From an uncultured Thermotogae bacterium (lineage in GTDB: Bacteria > Bipolaricaulota > Bipolaricaulia > RBG-16-55-9): 64,000 nucleotides of DNA. The stretch is from NCBI GenBank assembly GCA_964567595.1, contig CAZMNF010000004.1, forward strand, positions 3,744 to 67,743. The letters are read 5' to 3'. Under the pieces are notes generated by a model. The model made no database searches. It had not been told where the DNA came from and saw only the letters and a list, made by a program, of their open reading frames with translations. The position numbers were made by a program, and so were the translations under genes. Position 1 is the first letter of the stretch, and each line of letters starts with the position of its first letter. Shown in pieces: positions 63,549 through 64,000 of this stretch.

Positions 63549-64000
63549 TTAGGGAACCAGCACGAGCTTGCCGAAGAAGTCCCCGCTCGCCATCGTCTCG
63601 TGCGCCGGCTTGGCCTCGTCGAGCGAGAACGTCTGATGGACGATCGGCTCCAGCTTGCGCTCCCAGACCAGATTCATGACGTCGTCGAACTCGGCGCGCG
63701 TGCCCATCGTCGAGCCGATCAGTTCCAGCTGCTTCCAGAACAGCACGCGCAAGTCAACTTCGCCCTTGGGGCCCGTCGTGGCGCCACAGCAGACGAGCCG
63801 ACCGCCCTTGCGCAGACAGCGGACGCTTCCCTGGAACGTCGCCTCGCCCACGCTTTCCACGACGACGTCGACGCCGCGCTTGCCGGTCCGATGGTAGACG
63901 TCCTTGCTGAAGTCGACCTCGTGGTAGTTGATGAGCTCGTCGGCGCCGAGTTCCTGGAGGCGTTGGAGTTTCTCATCGCTGCCGGCGGTCACGAACACAC
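63549..64000 (-). CDS. medium-chain (zinc-type alcohol dehydrogenase-like) oxidoreductase, 5' end beyond window
   Basis: The C-terminal Rossmann half of an MDR-family protein (…GKRGVDVVVESVGEATF…GGRLVCCGATTG…). The ORF runs to the window edge. Confidence 0.7.
   Translation of the reverse strand, partial: VFVTAGSDEKLQRLQELGADELINYHEVDFSKDVYHRTGKRGVDVVVESVGEATFQGSVRCLRKGGRLVCCGATTGPKGEVDLRVLFWKQLELIGSTMGTRAEFDDVMNLVWERKLEPIVHQTFSLDEAKPAHETMASGDFFGKLVLVP

Noticed and set aside
1-64000. CRISPR arrays
   Set aside because: No array of regularly spaced short direct repeats was seen. The only notable repeats are the 83-bp duplication and the 105-nt element (two copies each).

Overview
This is a 64-kb, high-GC (~68-70%), gene-dense bacterial chromosomal segment. 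Genes overlap or abut by 4 bp in many places, and promoters fit a TTGACA-N17-TATAAT pattern. Most of the window is housekeeping. It holds a partial cyclodeaminase, suhB-like, asnS, an rpsF-ssb-rpsR operon, ftsY, argS, a spoVS-like gene, a divergent polyprenyl-synthase/menA pair, acyl-CoA dehydrogenase, mutL, a CorC/CNNM transporter, an MFS transporter, a thrC-apgM operon, an asd-lysC-hom operon, an amtB-glnK operon, tilS, rseP, coaBC, a histidine-kinase/OmpR pair, tRNA-Glu(CUC) and tRNA-Gln(CUG).

Several accessory features stand out:
- An MrfB/YprB-like RNase-H-fold nuclease gene is followed by a large DEAD/DEAH helicase with a C-terminal DUF1998 Cys4 zinc domain (MrfA/YprA-like).
- A ~3-kb accessory islet sits at the 3' end of an EamA transporter gene. 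It holds an AbrB-type antitoxin and PIN toxin bracketed by an 83-bp perfect direct duplication of the EamA 3' end. Next comes an IS5-family IS whose transposase is split by a +1 frame change, then a second UPF0175/DUF3368 (PIN-like) toxin-antitoxin pair.
- A ~105-nt intergenic sequence occurs twice at ~75% identity, once as the leader of the AbrB antitoxin and once between the MFS and CorC genes.
- An isolated gene encodes a coiled-coil Zn-ribbon protein with a CGKxNCRC...HGPY motif.
- A vWA-domain gene relic and a SARP/BTAD-TPR regulator lie beside tRNA-Glu.
- A 32-bp palindromic candidate operator sits upstream of amtB-glnK.

I saw no CRISPR array, integrase or prophage. The many long reverse-strand or N-terminally extended ORFs in the six-frame track look like high-GC artefacts.
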